This document shows, one piece after another, positions 37,681 to 45,821 of a stretch of 64,000 bases of DNA. Each line of letters opens with the position of its first letter. The stretch's first letter is position 1. The notes below the pieces were generated by a model. That model was not told where the DNA came from. It searched no databases and saw only the letters and a program-made list of their open reading frames with translations. Source of the DNA: a virus (taxonomy: Duplodnaviria; Heunggongvirae; Uroviricota; Caudoviricetes); IMG/VR virus record IMGVR_UViG_3300043447_000086; one strand, 5' to 3'. Both the position numbers and the translations under genes were made by a program.

Positions 37681-38154
37681 ATGAGTATTTATACATACAC
37701 CCAAAAGTCATTTGACTTACTAAATCTCCAACTCTCTAAGTTATTCGACATCGAATATGTTCAGATCGATCTGACTGATGAAGAACGAACAGTCGAACGA
37801 GTAAAACACACAAGATTCACCAATCCTGGGTTTCCTGGAGTTGGTCGTAAAGCAGCAGAAACCAAGAGAAAACTTGGTATCCCTACAGGACTAACACCAG
37901 AAGCTGCACATCGTATGGTAGAAACCAAACGTAAGAAGTATGGCTCTAATACGTACCATATGCAAAATGCAGCAATCAGAGCAAAAGCAAAAAGCAAATG
38001 TTCAGAACTTGCTAACCGTCCGATAGTAGAACAACTTAGACAATTGGCGAAAATACACCAATTGAAACTTGGATCAGGATGGGTTCGTAAACCCGATCAC
38101 TGGATCCAAGAAAAGATAGACCAGCTTACGCTAGGTCGTATCGTGGCACCATAA
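37681..38154 (+). CDS. Antisense-oriented basic protein, possibly homing-endonuclease-related
   Basis: Repeated ETKRK motif; CTAAATA (37616-37622) and hairpin upstream; SD AAAGGA. Confidence 0.55.
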   Translation: MSIYTYTQKSFDLLNLQLSKLFDIEYVQIDLTDEERTVERVKHTRFTNPGFPGVGRKAAETKRKLGIPTGLTPEAAHRMVETKRKKYGSNTYHMQNAAIRAKAKSKCSELANRPIVEQLRQLAKIHQLKLGSGWVRKPDHWIQEKIDQLTLGRIVAP

Positions 38155-39559
38155 GCGTTTTAAGCATAATGGCGTGAGGAGTGAAGTTCTCAGTGTCGCC
38201 ACCAAGAACACCAACCATGATGGCTGGCGAGAAACCAGACACAAGGGCTACGCCACGAGTGTCATACTTGACTGGCACGTTGTCGTGCGAATTCAAGTTC
38301 CAGAACACGATCTTTGGCAGATCGTATCCAGCGTCAGTGAACTTGCGTTCGATCATCTTCATTGCTGAGTCATCGAAACGAGCGCAAGCATCAAACTGCA
38401 TGTCTGACATGATCAGAAGAACTTCTGGCATTTCTTCTTGTGGTACGTTACCTTCCTTGGCAACACGAAGGATTTTTTCCATCGCCTTGATCAAGTCAGT
38501 ATTCATACCCCAGTTAGAGTCAACCATTTGCTTAACCTTCTGAACGATGTTACCCTTTAGGTGCAACAGTTCTGGAGAACCAGAGAAAGTCAGGAATGTA
38601 TCCTTGAACTTTCCAGTGTTCTTGTCTGCACAGTACAGACCAAGAGAAACTGCAACGTCCAAGCAAGTAGTCTTGCTTGCAGAACCACGACCTGCTGGGC
38701 AAGTCATAGAACCAGAAACGTCAACCAACGGCAACACGTTAGCGTCACCGATGAAGTTTTCCAGTGCATCCCATTGTGCTTGCAACGCACCCAACTCAGT
38801 AGAGTTGTACTTGTTGTTATAAGCACCGATAACACCCTTCAACACATCATATGGGTACACAGCACCAGCGTTGATCTTCACGTTCATAGTGCGATCCTTA
38901 GGATCCTTGACCAACTCTGCAACGTACTTAGCGTACTCTTGAGTGTTACGGAAGAATGCCTTCTTGTAACGAGCATGTGCCACAGAAGGTACGTGAGAGA
39001 AGTTGATTTCATCCCAGTTCTTAGCGCACATTTCTTGTTCAACGACCTTAGTCAATTCAACAAGAGACTTACGATAGAACTTTGGAGACATGCCGAAGAA
39101 ATTACGGATTTCAACAGCCAACTCACCCTTACGTGGAGTCCACTTAGCAGCCAGACCATTCTTTGCACGCAGGGCATCGCCCAGCATAGTGAATGCCTTG
39201 GACTTCAGCTTGTCGTTCTTCACAACAAAGATGTCATCCCAACGACCGATCTCTGGAACCTTCATCAACAGCTGTGCAGCTGCATCTGGGTCATGCTTAT
39301 CCAAGTAAGCAAGAATTTGACGGAACAATTCACGTTCGCCAGCACCACCACGAGCATCACGAACCCATTGGGCGATACGCAATGCGATGTCTTTGTTTTC
39401 TACGTAAGCAGCAACAAAGTCCTTAGTGATGTCTTTACCACGTGAAGCACCGATTTTGAAAAACAGGTCTACGCATGCAGATGCAGTAGACTTGCGAGCC
39501 ACCATACCATTAGTAGTACGAGTGGATTGATTTTGAACCGCAGAAACAAAAGTGTTCAT
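38126..39559 (-). CDS. DUF2828-family TROVE-like/vWA protein (Ro60-like architecture)
   Basis: RDARGGAGER, GRWDD, LAAKWTPR, VPSVAH, vWA MIDAS VDVSGSM, IMSDMQFD, FWNL; SD AGGAG; start re-called. Confidence 0.8.
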   Translation of the reverse strand: MNTFVSAVQNQSTRTTNGMVARKSTASACVDLFFKIGASRGKDITKDFVAAYVENKDIALRIAQWVRDARGGAGERELFRQILAYLDKHDPDAAAQLLMKVPEIGRWDDIFVVKNDKLKSKAFTMLGDALRAKNGLAAKWTPRKGELAVEIRNFFGMSPKFYRKSLVELTKVVEQEMCAKNWDEINFSHVPSVAHARYKKAFFRNTQEYAKYVAELVKDPKDRTMNVKINAGAVYPYDVLKGVIGAYNNKYNSTELGALQAQWDALENFIGDANVLPLVDVSGSMTCPAGRGSASKTTCLDVAVSLGLYCADKNTGKFKDTFLTFSGSPELLHLKGNIVQKVKQMVDSNWGMNTDLIKAMEKILRVAKEGNVPQEEMPEVLLIMSDMQFDACARFDDSAMKMIERKFTDAGYDLPKIVFWNLNSHDNVPVKYDTRGVALVSGFSPAIMVGVLGGDTENFTPHAIMLKTLMVPRYDLA

Positions 39560-39605
39560 ATGACACTCCTTTACAAATAACAGGCAATAAAAGCCTAAAT
39601 CAAAA

Positions 39606-39780
39606 CAACAGGATAGTTTCCTTCTTTTTGTTTCCAGTGAGAAATCGAAACTCACCTTGAGAGAACCGTCACACGATAACCACCTTCAAAGCCCATACAG
39701 GCTCCAGTGATTATCACAGTTCTTTCAGTTCTAAGTGGTGGCATGGAGCCACCAAATAAATTGTTTGCTGAACCTATCCT
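39606..39780 (-). ncRNA. CAGCAA/GUUG element A
   Basis: AGGATAG-GTTCAGCAA...CTATCCT-GTTG; T-arm-like GTGAGTTTCGATTTCTCAC; starts at the promoter 39793-39821. Confidence 0.75.
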
Positions 39781-39792
39781 AACAAGAGAGCA

Positions 39793-39821
39793 ATTATACA
39801 TCAAATATAATTGCAAGTCAA
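39793..39821 (-). promoter_or_regulatory. Sigma70 promoter
   Basis: TTGACT-17-TATAAT. Confidence 0.85.
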
Positions 39822-40103
39822 CGGGATGATCGGGCTAATCGAGTAGTTTTACTTGAAAACATCGTGCTCCCTTTCGGGCAGATACCCCACGAAAAATCAT
39901 CCGAATTCTCATCGGCTTATCCTGTGTAACAGGCACTAGGTACGCATTCGGGCGTAACTATCTGACTCCTAATAGGGGTCACAAGGCATAAGAGCATGCA
40001 ATAGTCTTTACCAACCTAGCCCACAAAATTGACACCTTACGATGTTTCCTCCTGTAGTGGGCTACTCTTAAGTCAGTATTGTTTATACTGCTGAATTCAT
40101 CCC
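39819..40103 (-). ncRNA. CAGCAA/GUUG element B
   Basis: GGGATGA-ATTCAGCAG...TCATCCC-GTTG; starts at the promoter 40116-40144. Confidence 0.7.
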
Positions 40104-40115
40104 AACTAAGACATA

Positions 40116-40144
40116 ATTCTACATCAAAACTTCTTGCAAGTCAA
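40116..40144 (-). promoter_or_regulatory. Sigma70 promoter
   Basis: TTGACT-17-TAGAAT. Confidence 0.8.
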
Positions 40145-40167
40145 CACTTATTTCAAGAAATTTTAGG

Positions 40168-40194
40168 AAAAAAAGAGCAGTGTCTCCACTGCTC
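40168..40194 (-). terminator. Intrinsic terminator
   Basis: GAGCAGTG/CACTGCTC stem plus U7. Confidence 0.8.
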
Positions 40195-40299
40195 GAAATG
40201 CATTTCTGCATGATCCCAGTCTAGCTGGTATTCTATTTAGCGCAATAATCTTTGTCGATTAATCTGTATTTAAGGGATGTTTGCACAAATTCTTTTAGA

Positions 40300-40566
40300 T
40301 TAGATTGCTGTTTTTGCAGTAACAACAGCGTCAGCTGCTGCTGGTGTACCTTCAGTAATAGGTACAATGTGTTCTGCAGTAGTCAATGATTCACCATCAA
40401 TATCTTCGCTAATCTTAATAGTTCTATCAAGAATTAGGTCGATGTGATCAGTTGTCATTTCATCTAGGCTAGCATAACCTAGAAGTTTGTCTAACAACGA
40501 ATGTTCGATGGAGATTGTCCCATATTCATGGGTATGTTCTGTGATTGTTTTGACACGCTTGCGCAT
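40300..40566 (-). CDS. Hypothetical protein
   Basis: SD GAGG; CTAAATA late promoter near 40627. Confidence 0.6.
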   Translation of the reverse strand: MRKRVKTITEHTHEYGTISIEHSLLDKLLGYASLDEMTTDHIDLILDRTIKISEDIDGESLTTAEHIVPITEGTPAAADAVVTAKTAI

Positions 40567-40636
40567 AAGTGAGTTCCTCTTTGTTATTATTATTATTGGG
40601 AATGGCTCGTCTGTGCGAACCTAATATTATTTAGAC

Positions 40637-40671
40637 AAAAAAAATCCCTGGAACCGAAATTCCAGGGATTT
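40637..40671 (-). terminator. Intrinsic terminator
   Basis: AAATCCCTGGAA/TTCCAGGGATTT stem plus U-tract. Confidence 0.85.
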
Positions 40672-40697
40672 AATACAAAAAATTTTAAATTATTTTA

Positions 40698-41180
40698 TCA
40701 AGCAACTTTTCTGTTTGCCATAATATGTTTCAATCTGTCTGCGCAGTAAGATGCAGCAAATGCTTGTGGCTTAACCATAGGCACTACGTTACACATACCA
40801 CGAATGTATCCAGTTGCTTCTTGAATAACACAGCTAGACCCATACTTTTCGTTAGGGTTGATGTCTAAGTGGATTTCGACATCTCTGTCTTCCAACACAT
40901 CGTGTAGCTTTTGATATAATTCAGCAATCTTGTATACTTCGTTCATTAAACGCATACGTGGTCTGTTCTTCTTTTGATCCCAGTCACGTTCACGTTGAAC
41001 TTCTCCGAAAATCTTACAACCGTGTTTACCGTCAATGTGAACAACAATTGCAAGGGTGTAATCTGCGTACCATTCGTTACCAATCGGGAATCTTTCAGAA
41101 TCTCCACCGATGTAGATTTTTGTTTCTGGAGATTGAGCCTCGATGAAAGCCTTTACTTCGTCGATGTCAATACGCTTCAT
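40698..41180 (-). CDS. RNase H-like protein (DUF458/YkuK family)
   Basis: KIYIGGDS, IVVHIDG, EIHLDIN, AASYCAD. Confidence 0.8.
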   Translation of the reverse strand: MKRIDIDEVKAFIEAQSPETKIYIGGDSERFPIGNEWYADYTLAIVVHIDGKHGCKIFGEVQRERDWDQKKNRPRMRLMNEVYKIAELYQKLHDVLEDRDVEIHLDINPNEKYGSSCVIQEATGYIRGMCNVVPMVKPQAFAASYCADRLKHIMANRKVA

Positions 41181-41210
41181 AATACACCTTCGCTTTCTTT
41201 GTTACAAAAC

Positions 41211-41284
41211 TGGAGCGGGTAGGGAGAATCGAACTCCACTCAGCGCAGCTTGGAAGGCTGGCGTCTCACCTCGAGCTTACCCGC
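41211..41284 (-). tRNA. tRNA-Gly(TCC)
   Basis: Cloverleaf; CCA. Confidence 0.9.
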
Positions 41285-41290
41285 ATAATT

Positions 41291-41366
41291 TGGTGCCCAC
41301 AGTCGGATTCGAACTGACCACCTACGCATTACTAGTGCGTTGCTCTACCAAATGAGCTATGTGGGC
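41291..41366 (-). tRNA. tRNA-Thr(AGT)
   Basis: Loop CTAGTAA; canonical cloverleaf; CCA. Confidence 0.9.
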
Positions 41367-41367
41367 T

Positions 41368-41442
41368 TGGTGGAGGATAGCGGAATCGAACCGCTGACTC
41401 AAGCGTGCAAGGCTAGTGTTTTCCCAATTAGACTAATCCCCC
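41368..41442 (-). tRNA. tRNA-Ala(TGC)
   Basis: G3-U70; loop CTTGCAC. Confidence 0.9.
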
Positions 41443-41597
41443 GAATTTTCTTTCTGTGCAGAACCTAACTTTTCTGCATCTTCTGTTGTCATACCACCAG
41501 AAGGTTTCTTGCCAAAGATGGCTTCCCAATTATTATTAAATTCTTCCTTGGGAACACTGAATGGTCGTGGAGCAGAACCTTTACCACCGTCACTCAT
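41433..41597 (-). CDS. 54-aa phage peptide
   Basis: Manual translation MSDGGKGSAPRPFSV; stop lies inside the tRNA-Ala 5' end. Confidence 0.55.
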   Translation of the reverse strand: MSDGGKGSAPRPFSVPKEEFNNNWEAIFGKKPSGGMTTEDAEKLGSAQKENSGD

Positions 41598-41713
41598 CGT
41601 CCTTGACCTCTACTCTTCTTGCGAGTCTTTCTCGCTTTATTAAGAGTGCTAGACTTACTTCCATTCTGAGAAGTTTTCTTGACAACTCTCTGACGTTTGC
41701 TATTACCTTTCAT
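41594..41713 (-). CDS. 39-aa basic peptide
   Basis: Manual translation MKGNSKRQRVVKK...GQGR; SD GAGG. Confidence 0.5.
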   Translation of the reverse strand: MKGNSKRQRVVKKTSQNGSKSSTLNKARKTRKKSRGQGR

Positions 41714-41729
41714 GGCTTCCTCTAAAATT

Positions 41730-41805
41730 TGGCTCCCCAGCGTGGGATCGAACCACGGACACCTTGATTAACAGTCAAGTGCAACTACCGCTGTGCTACT
41801 AGGGA
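41730..41805 (-). tRNA. tRNA-Asn(GTT)
   Basis: Loop CTGTTAA. Confidence 0.92.
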
Positions 41806-41812
41806 ATAAAAA

Positions 41813-41889
41813 TGGTGCGGATGGTGAGACTCGAACTCACAAAATTTGGCTTCTAAGACCAACACGTATACCAATTCCATCACATCCGC
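41813..41889 (-). tRNA. tRNA-Leu(TAG), short variable loop
   Basis: Loop CTTAGAA. Confidence 0.88.
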
Positions 41890-41906
41890 ATAATACTACT
41901 TATCTA

Positions 41907-41982
41907 TGGTCTCCCTAGAGGGATTTGAACCCCCACCACATGCTCCCAAAGCATGGACGCTACCTGATTACGCCATAGAGAG
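41907..41982 (-). tRNA. tRNA-Pro(TGG)
   Basis: Loop TTTGGGA. Confidence 0.9.
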
Positions 41983-42441
41983 ATAATTCTTTACATAATC
42001 ATCAATTATCGGTTGAACAACATCACGATATTTGCTGTGAACATACTGATGATGTGTCGGACAAAGAGGGACTAGATTTTCTGGTCGATTATCAGCATGC
42101 ACCTCATTATAGTGATGCACCTCAACAATCTTCTCTTCTCCACACACAACACATTTCTTACCATGATAGTGCCAGCACGTTGTCTGATACGTATCATCTT
42201 TCCAATTGGGATTATTAGTCCCACTTCTAAAGTATGTGTTCGAACACGAATAAGAACAGGTAACACCTTTCTTAGAATGCATCGTTCCACACACTGGACA
42301 TTCTTTTAAATTAACTGGGTTTTTATCACAAGCATTTTCGTGCCGTTTGATATTACCACAGGTAATTGACTTACTACAGTGAACACAGGCTATTTTAGTC
42401 TGGTTTGCTTTTTGGAGATTCGATAGAGAGTTTGTATTCAT
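41968..42441 (-). CDS. HNH endonuclease with Zn-finger motifs
   Basis: CVVCG...EVHHYNEVHADNRPENLVPLCPTHH; CTAAATA upstream. Confidence 0.85.
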   Translation of the reverse strand: MNTNSLSNLQKANQTKIACVHCSKSITCGNIKRHENACDKNPVNLKECPVCGTMHSKKGVTCSYSCSNTYFRSGTNNPNWKDDTYQTTCWHYHGKKCVVCGEEKIVEVHHYNEVHADNRPENLVPLCPTHHQYVHSKYRDVVQPIIDDYVKNYLSMA

Positions 42442-42492
42442 ACTATTATTTAGTATTTCTCAAACTTCAAACTCCGATACTCCGAAAAATCT

Positions 42493-42566
42493 TGGTGCCC
42501 CACGACAGAATCGAACTGCCGTATTCGGATTACAAAACCGACGTAATACCATTATACGAGTAGGGC
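42493..42566 (-). tRNA. tRNA-Thr(TGT)
   Basis: Loop TTTGTAA. Confidence 0.88.
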
Positions 42567-42572
42567 AAAAAA

Positions 42573-42635
42573 CAACAGGTTAGTTTTTGCGGTTTCAATT
42601 ACAAGTTGAATGCTTTTGATTGCTGAACCTAACCT
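42573..42635 (-). ncRNA. CAGCAA/GUUG element C (Thr-UGU anticodon-like hairpin)
   Basis: AGGTTAG-GTTCAGCAA...TTCAA-CTTGTAA-TTGAA...CTAACCT-GTTG. Confidence 0.75.
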
Positions 42636-42640
42636 AAAAC

Positions 42641-42714
42641 TGGATGCGGGTGGAGGATTCGAACCTCCGATGCTGCGAGCTTATGAGACTGCAGTGGTGA
42701 CCACCCTACCCGCT
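42641..42714 (-). tRNA. tRNA-Met(CAT), initiator-like and atypical
   Basis: Loop CTCATAA; 1:72 mismatch; short D-arm. Confidence 0.65.
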
Positions 42715-42719
42715 ATAAC

Positions 42720-42795
42720 TGGTACCTCGTGACGGGATCGAACCGCCGACCTTCTCCTTGTAAGGGAGCTACTCATACCGCTGAGTTAACGAGGC
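42720..42795 (-). tRNA. tRNA-Val(TAC)
   Basis: Loop CTTACAA. Confidence 0.92.
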
Positions 42796-42802
42796 ATAAA
42801 AA

Positions 42803-42860
42803 CAACAGGATTCGCTTTCTTTTCATTAACAGTGAAATTATATATTGCTGAAAGAATCCT
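42803..42860 (-). ncRNA. CAGCAA/GUUG element D (Asn-GUU anticodon-like hairpin)
   Basis: AGGATTC-TTTCAGCAA...TTTCA-CTGTTAA-TGAAA...GAATCCT-GTTG. Confidence 0.75.
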
Positions 42861-42865
42861 AAAAC

Positions 42866-42940
42866 TGGCGACTCGTGGGAGAATCGAACTCCCATAATCG
42901 GATAGACAATCCGAAGTAATGACCATTATACGAACGAGCC
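42866..42940 (-). tRNA. tRNA-Asp(GTC)
   Basis: Loop TTGTCTA. Confidence 0.92.
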
Positions 42941-42946
42941 AAATTT

Positions 42947-43039
42947 TGGTGGAGGCAGCTGGAGTCGAACCAGCATTGTTTACCACGAGGGAACGGATTT
43001 ACAGTCCGCTGCAGAACACGCCATATCTACAATGCCTCC
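42947..43039 (-). tRNA. tRNA-Tyr(GTA)
   Basis: Loop CTGTAAA; long V-arm; enlarged D-loop. Confidence 0.85.
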
Positions 43040-43043
43040 AAAA

Positions 43044-43245
43044 TTTATACAACTGACAACTTATTTGTATCACCAATGTTATAGATACCATTCACCGTAA
43101 TTAAAGCAGCTGCACGGTTTCGGTACGTCAGGGATAGTCACTACTTGGTTGTTGCTAGTTTAGCCTCACTTGCGGAGATAACCTCACCACTTCTTGCGGA
43201 AGTCGGTTTTCGTAACATCTGACAACAAATTGTCATGTGTATAAA
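43044..43245 (-). ncRNA. Candidate structured inter-tRNA RNA
   Basis: Ends pair (TTTATACA/TGTATAAA and TGACAA/TTGTCA); internal GCAA-loop hairpins. Confidence 0.45.
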
Positions 43246-43253
43246 CTTTTTAC

Positions 43254-43450
43254 CAATTGTTAGTGTTGCTACGTTATAGACAGCCTTCACCGTACTGTCG
43301 TTTGTTTTTAACGCTTCAGCTTATCTCCAATGCGTCCAAAGGATATTCGCTTTCCGATCAACTCCTGATTACAAGTATTCGATCATGTAACCACTCAGAG
43401 ATTCACTATCCTGCGATCACAGGAATTTTCCATAACAACACTAACAATTG
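43254..43450 (-). ncRNA. Candidate structured inter-tRNA RNA
   Basis: Perfect 15-bp terminal inverted repeat CAATTGTTAGTGTTG. Confidence 0.5.
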
Positions 43451-43523
43451 GTACTCGGTACGAGAGTCGAACTCGTCTTCTCAGGTTGAAAACCTGATGT
43501 CCTAACCGATAGACGAACCGAGT
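43449..43523 (-). tRNA. tRNA-Glu(TTC)
   Basis: Loop TTTTCAA. Confidence 0.92.
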
Positions 43524-43619
43524 AAAATGGCAGTTTTTTGGATGACTGCCAACCTATCTAAGACCTCATGCATCCGACTTCACGTAACGACTTAGAGAGG
43601 ATTTCAGAACAGAACCTAA

Positions 43620-43648
43620 ATTATACACTAACTATACTTGCTAGTCAA
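43620..43648 (-). promoter_or_regulatory. Internal sigma70 promoter in the tRNA array
   Basis: TTGACT-17-TATAAT. Confidence 0.8.
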
Positions 43649-43657
43649 CAAGTATTT

Positions 43658-43731
43658 TGGAGTAGGTGACAGGAATCGAACCTGCTTCCATGGGTTTGCA
43701 ATCCAGTACCTGTCCAACTGGTTCCACCTAC
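43658..43731 (-). tRNA. tRNA-Cys(GCA)
   Basis: Loop TTGCAAA; U73. Confidence 0.88.
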
Positions 43732-43738
43732 ATAACTC

Positions 43739-43813
43739 TGGTCTCGCCTGCAGGAATCGAACCCACATTCGTAGGGTAGAAGCCTACTGTATTATCCGTT
43801 ATACGAAAGCGAG
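43739..43813 (-). tRNA. tRNA-Arg(TCT)
   Basis: Loop CTTCTAC. Confidence 0.9.
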
Positions 43814-43819
43814 AAATCT

Positions 43820-43902
43820 TGGTGCGGGTAGTCGGACTCGAACCGACAAGCCGAAGCGGCAGATTTTAAGTCTGCTATGTTTACCAATTTCACCATACCC
43901 GC
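43820..43902 (-). tRNA. tRNA-Leu(TAA)
   Basis: Loop CTTAAAA; long V-arm. Confidence 0.92.
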
Positions 43903-43911
43903 AGAACCTTT

Positions 43912-43940
43912 ATTATACAACAAAAATCATTACAAGTCAA
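43912..43940 (-). promoter_or_regulatory. Internal sigma70 promoter in the tRNA array
   Basis: TTGACT-17-TATAAT. Confidence 0.8.
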
Positions 43941-44014
43941 TGGTTGGCTGACTGAGAATTGAACTCAGACTCAACCGATTATGAGTCGGCTGCTTTACCA
44001 TTAAGCTATCAGCC
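43941..44014 (-). tRNA. tRNA-CAT (Ile2 or elongator Met)
   Basis: Loop CTCATAA; identity ambiguous. Confidence 0.85.
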
Positions 44015-44019
44015 AAATC

Positions 44020-44096
44020 TGGTGCGCAAGGAGAGACTCGAACTCTCAGAATCTTGATTTTGAGTCAAGCACGTATACCAATTCCGTCACATGCGC
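44020..44096 (-). tRNA. tRNA-Leu(CAA), short variable loop
   Basis: Loop CTCAAAA. Confidence 0.88.
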
Positions 44097-44102
44097 AAAA
44101 AC

Positions 44103-44196
44103 TGGTACTCCCACTAGGATTCGAACCTAGATCGCTCGCTAATCTGGCGACGGAACTGCGTATAAAGCAGGTGTTTTACCATTAAACTATGGGAGC
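44103..44196 (-). tRNA. tRNA with UAU (Ile) anticodon and long variable arm
   Basis: Loop TTTATAC; about 25-nt V-arm; CCA. Confidence 0.75.
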
Positions 44197-44300
44197 ATGG
44201 CTCCGTCTTGCTGATTGTTTTATCTCGTCAGGGGAGAACCACAATCAACTATTTTAACTCGGGAGAACGGAAGCACCGAGATTAGTCGTCGACACAACAC

Positions 44301-44388
44301 TGGCAGAGAGTAAGGGATTCGAACCCTTGCGCCCATTTCTGAACGACGGTTTAGCAAACCGCTGGCTTAACCACTCACCCAACTCTCT
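44301..44388 (-). tRNA. tRNA-Ser(GCT)
   Basis: Loop TTGCTAA; long V-arm; G73. Confidence 0.92.
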
Positions 44389-44389
44389 A

Positions 44390-44956
44390 TTAACGATTAC
44401 CGTTCTTGAATCCCACAGTACCACCTTGCTCTTGAATCTTCTTCAAGACGTCCTCAAACAAGATGGGTCTGAAGTCTGTTTGCTCGACGCATACAGAGTA
44501 GTACTGTGGGTCAACTGTAGTAACACCATACTTGTCAGTGACCATAACACGATTGCTGTGCAAGTGTCCATGGATGTTACAACCAAAACGATACAATTGT
44601 TGAGGATGAACAGGAATGTGACTTAACAACACTCCATTCATCACATGGTAACTGCGGATATCTCGGAAGAACGGAGTGTAGTCTTCCAACCTAAAGATAT
44701 CGTGGTTACCTTTAATCAAAACCTTATCACCGTTCAAACGATGTAAAGTAGATAAAGCCTTACGGTTGATCACCACATCACCTAAGTGGTAGACCTTGTC
44801 AGTTGGCTTTACAGTTTCGTTCCACATCTTGATCATGGCTTCGTCCATTTCTTCTGGATTGTCCCATGGTCTCAATTTAGAACCATCATCACGCAAGAAC
44901 TTACACACACCAGCGTGACCAAAGTGTGTGTCACTTGTTAAGAATACGCTTGGCAT
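44390..44956 (-). CDS. Metallophosphoesterase within the tRNA array
   Basis: SDTHFGH, HLGD, KGNHD, HIP, HGHLH. Confidence 0.9.
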   Translation of the reverse strand: MPSVFLTSDTHFGHAGVCKFLRDDGSKLRPWDNPEEMDEAMIKMWNETVKPTDKVYHLGDVVINRKALSTLHRLNGDKVLIKGNHDIFRLEDYTPFFRDIRSYHVMNGVLLSHIPVHPQQLYRFGCNIHGHLHSNRVMVTDKYGVTTVDPQYYSVCVEQTDFRPILFEDVLKKIQEQGGTVGFKNGNR

Positions 44957-44979
44957 ATGTTTCTCCATAAAAAAATAAT

Positions 44980-45080
44980 CAACAGGCTAGTTTGTTTGCA
45001 GTGGGAATTGAACCCACACGGTTTGATTAGAAGTCAAATTGGCGACCATCGCCATGCGTTGTGTTTGCTGTAACTAACCT
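44980..45080 (-). ncRNA. CAGCAA/GUUG element E (tRNA-Arg-like body)
   Basis: AGGTTAG-TTACAGCAA; D-like hairpin; TTTGA-CTTCTAA-TCAAA; T-arm GTGGGTTCAATTCCCAC; CTAGCCT-GTTG. Confidence 0.75.
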
Positions 45081-45239
45081 AAAAGGGTTTAGAGAGTTCC
45101 AACTATCTTTCTCAAGGACTCGTCGGAGTTGTCTCGATTGAGAGAGTTTAAACTACCTTGTGTTGCTACTGGTGTGTCATGCTCAAGAAATAGGGCACTA
45201 GCGCACAAGGGACTCATCTCATCGTCTATCTCTAAATTC

Positions 45240-45331
45240 TGGCGGAGAGCAGAGGAGTCGAACCCCATCCCATTTCTGAGAACCCAGTTTTCAAGGCTGG
45301 TCGGCGCACCAACGCACCTGCATTACTCTCC
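45240..45331 (-). tRNA. tRNA-Ser(TGA)
   Basis: Loop CTTGAAA; long V-arm. Confidence 0.88.
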
Positions 45332-45437
45332 ATAAATTGTCTATCCCGATCGGACTTTCACCGACAATATACTAGATACGTTAAATCTAGTCTTCCTAAT
45401 GATACGTGCTTTCTTCACACGAATGACGAGACATATT

Positions 45438-45527
45438 TGGTGGAAGCGGTGAGATTCGAACTCACGGAGCCATTGCTGACTCGCTAGTTTTCTAGACTAG
45501 TTCCTTAAACCGCTCGGACACGCTTCC
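45438..45527 (-). tRNA. tRNA-Ser(AGA)
   Basis: Loop CTAGAAA; long V-arm; A73. Confidence 0.85.
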
Positions 45528-45533
45528 ATTAAA

Positions 45534-45640
45534 CAACAGGTTAGTTTGATTGCCACCGTGGCACATCACCAGAATGCCTTTCGGCTGGTTGGTAATGCTG
45601 GAATCGAACCAGCTAATTTTATTTTTGCAGAACCTAACCT
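45534..45640 (-). ncRNA. CAGCAA/GUUG element F (T-arm first, YrlA-like order)
   Basis: AGGTTAG-GTTCTGCAA; GCTGGTTCGATTCCAGC then ATTACCA; two more hairpins; CTAACCT-GTTG. Confidence 0.75.
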
Positions 45641-45646
45641 AAAACT

Positions 45647-45732
45647 TGGTGGATGTGGTAGGGATCGAACCTACCTATCTCGAAAGACCATGGGGTTACA
45701 GCCCACTAGAACGCCATTGTTCTATCACATCC
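45647..45732 (-). tRNA. tRNA-Tyr(GTA)
   Basis: Loop CTGTAAC; long V-arm. Confidence 0.88.
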
Positions 45733-45738
45733 ATAACT

Positions 45739-45813
45739 TGGTACGCCCTGAGAGAATCAAACTCCCACTTCAACGTTCGTAGCGTTGTGTAATATTCATT
45801 TTACTAAGGGCGC
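45739..45813 (-). tRNA. tRNA-Arg(ACG)
   Basis: Loop CTACGAA. Confidence 0.88.
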
Positions 45814-45821
45814 ATAAAATA

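Noticed and set aside
41455-41475. GCAGAACCTAAC as a ninth CAGCAA element
   Set aside because: No partner CCTGTTG arm, and it lies inside a small coding ORF
44197-44300. CTGACGAG as a hammerhead ribozyme core
   Set aside because: No properly placed GAAA or three-stem junction found
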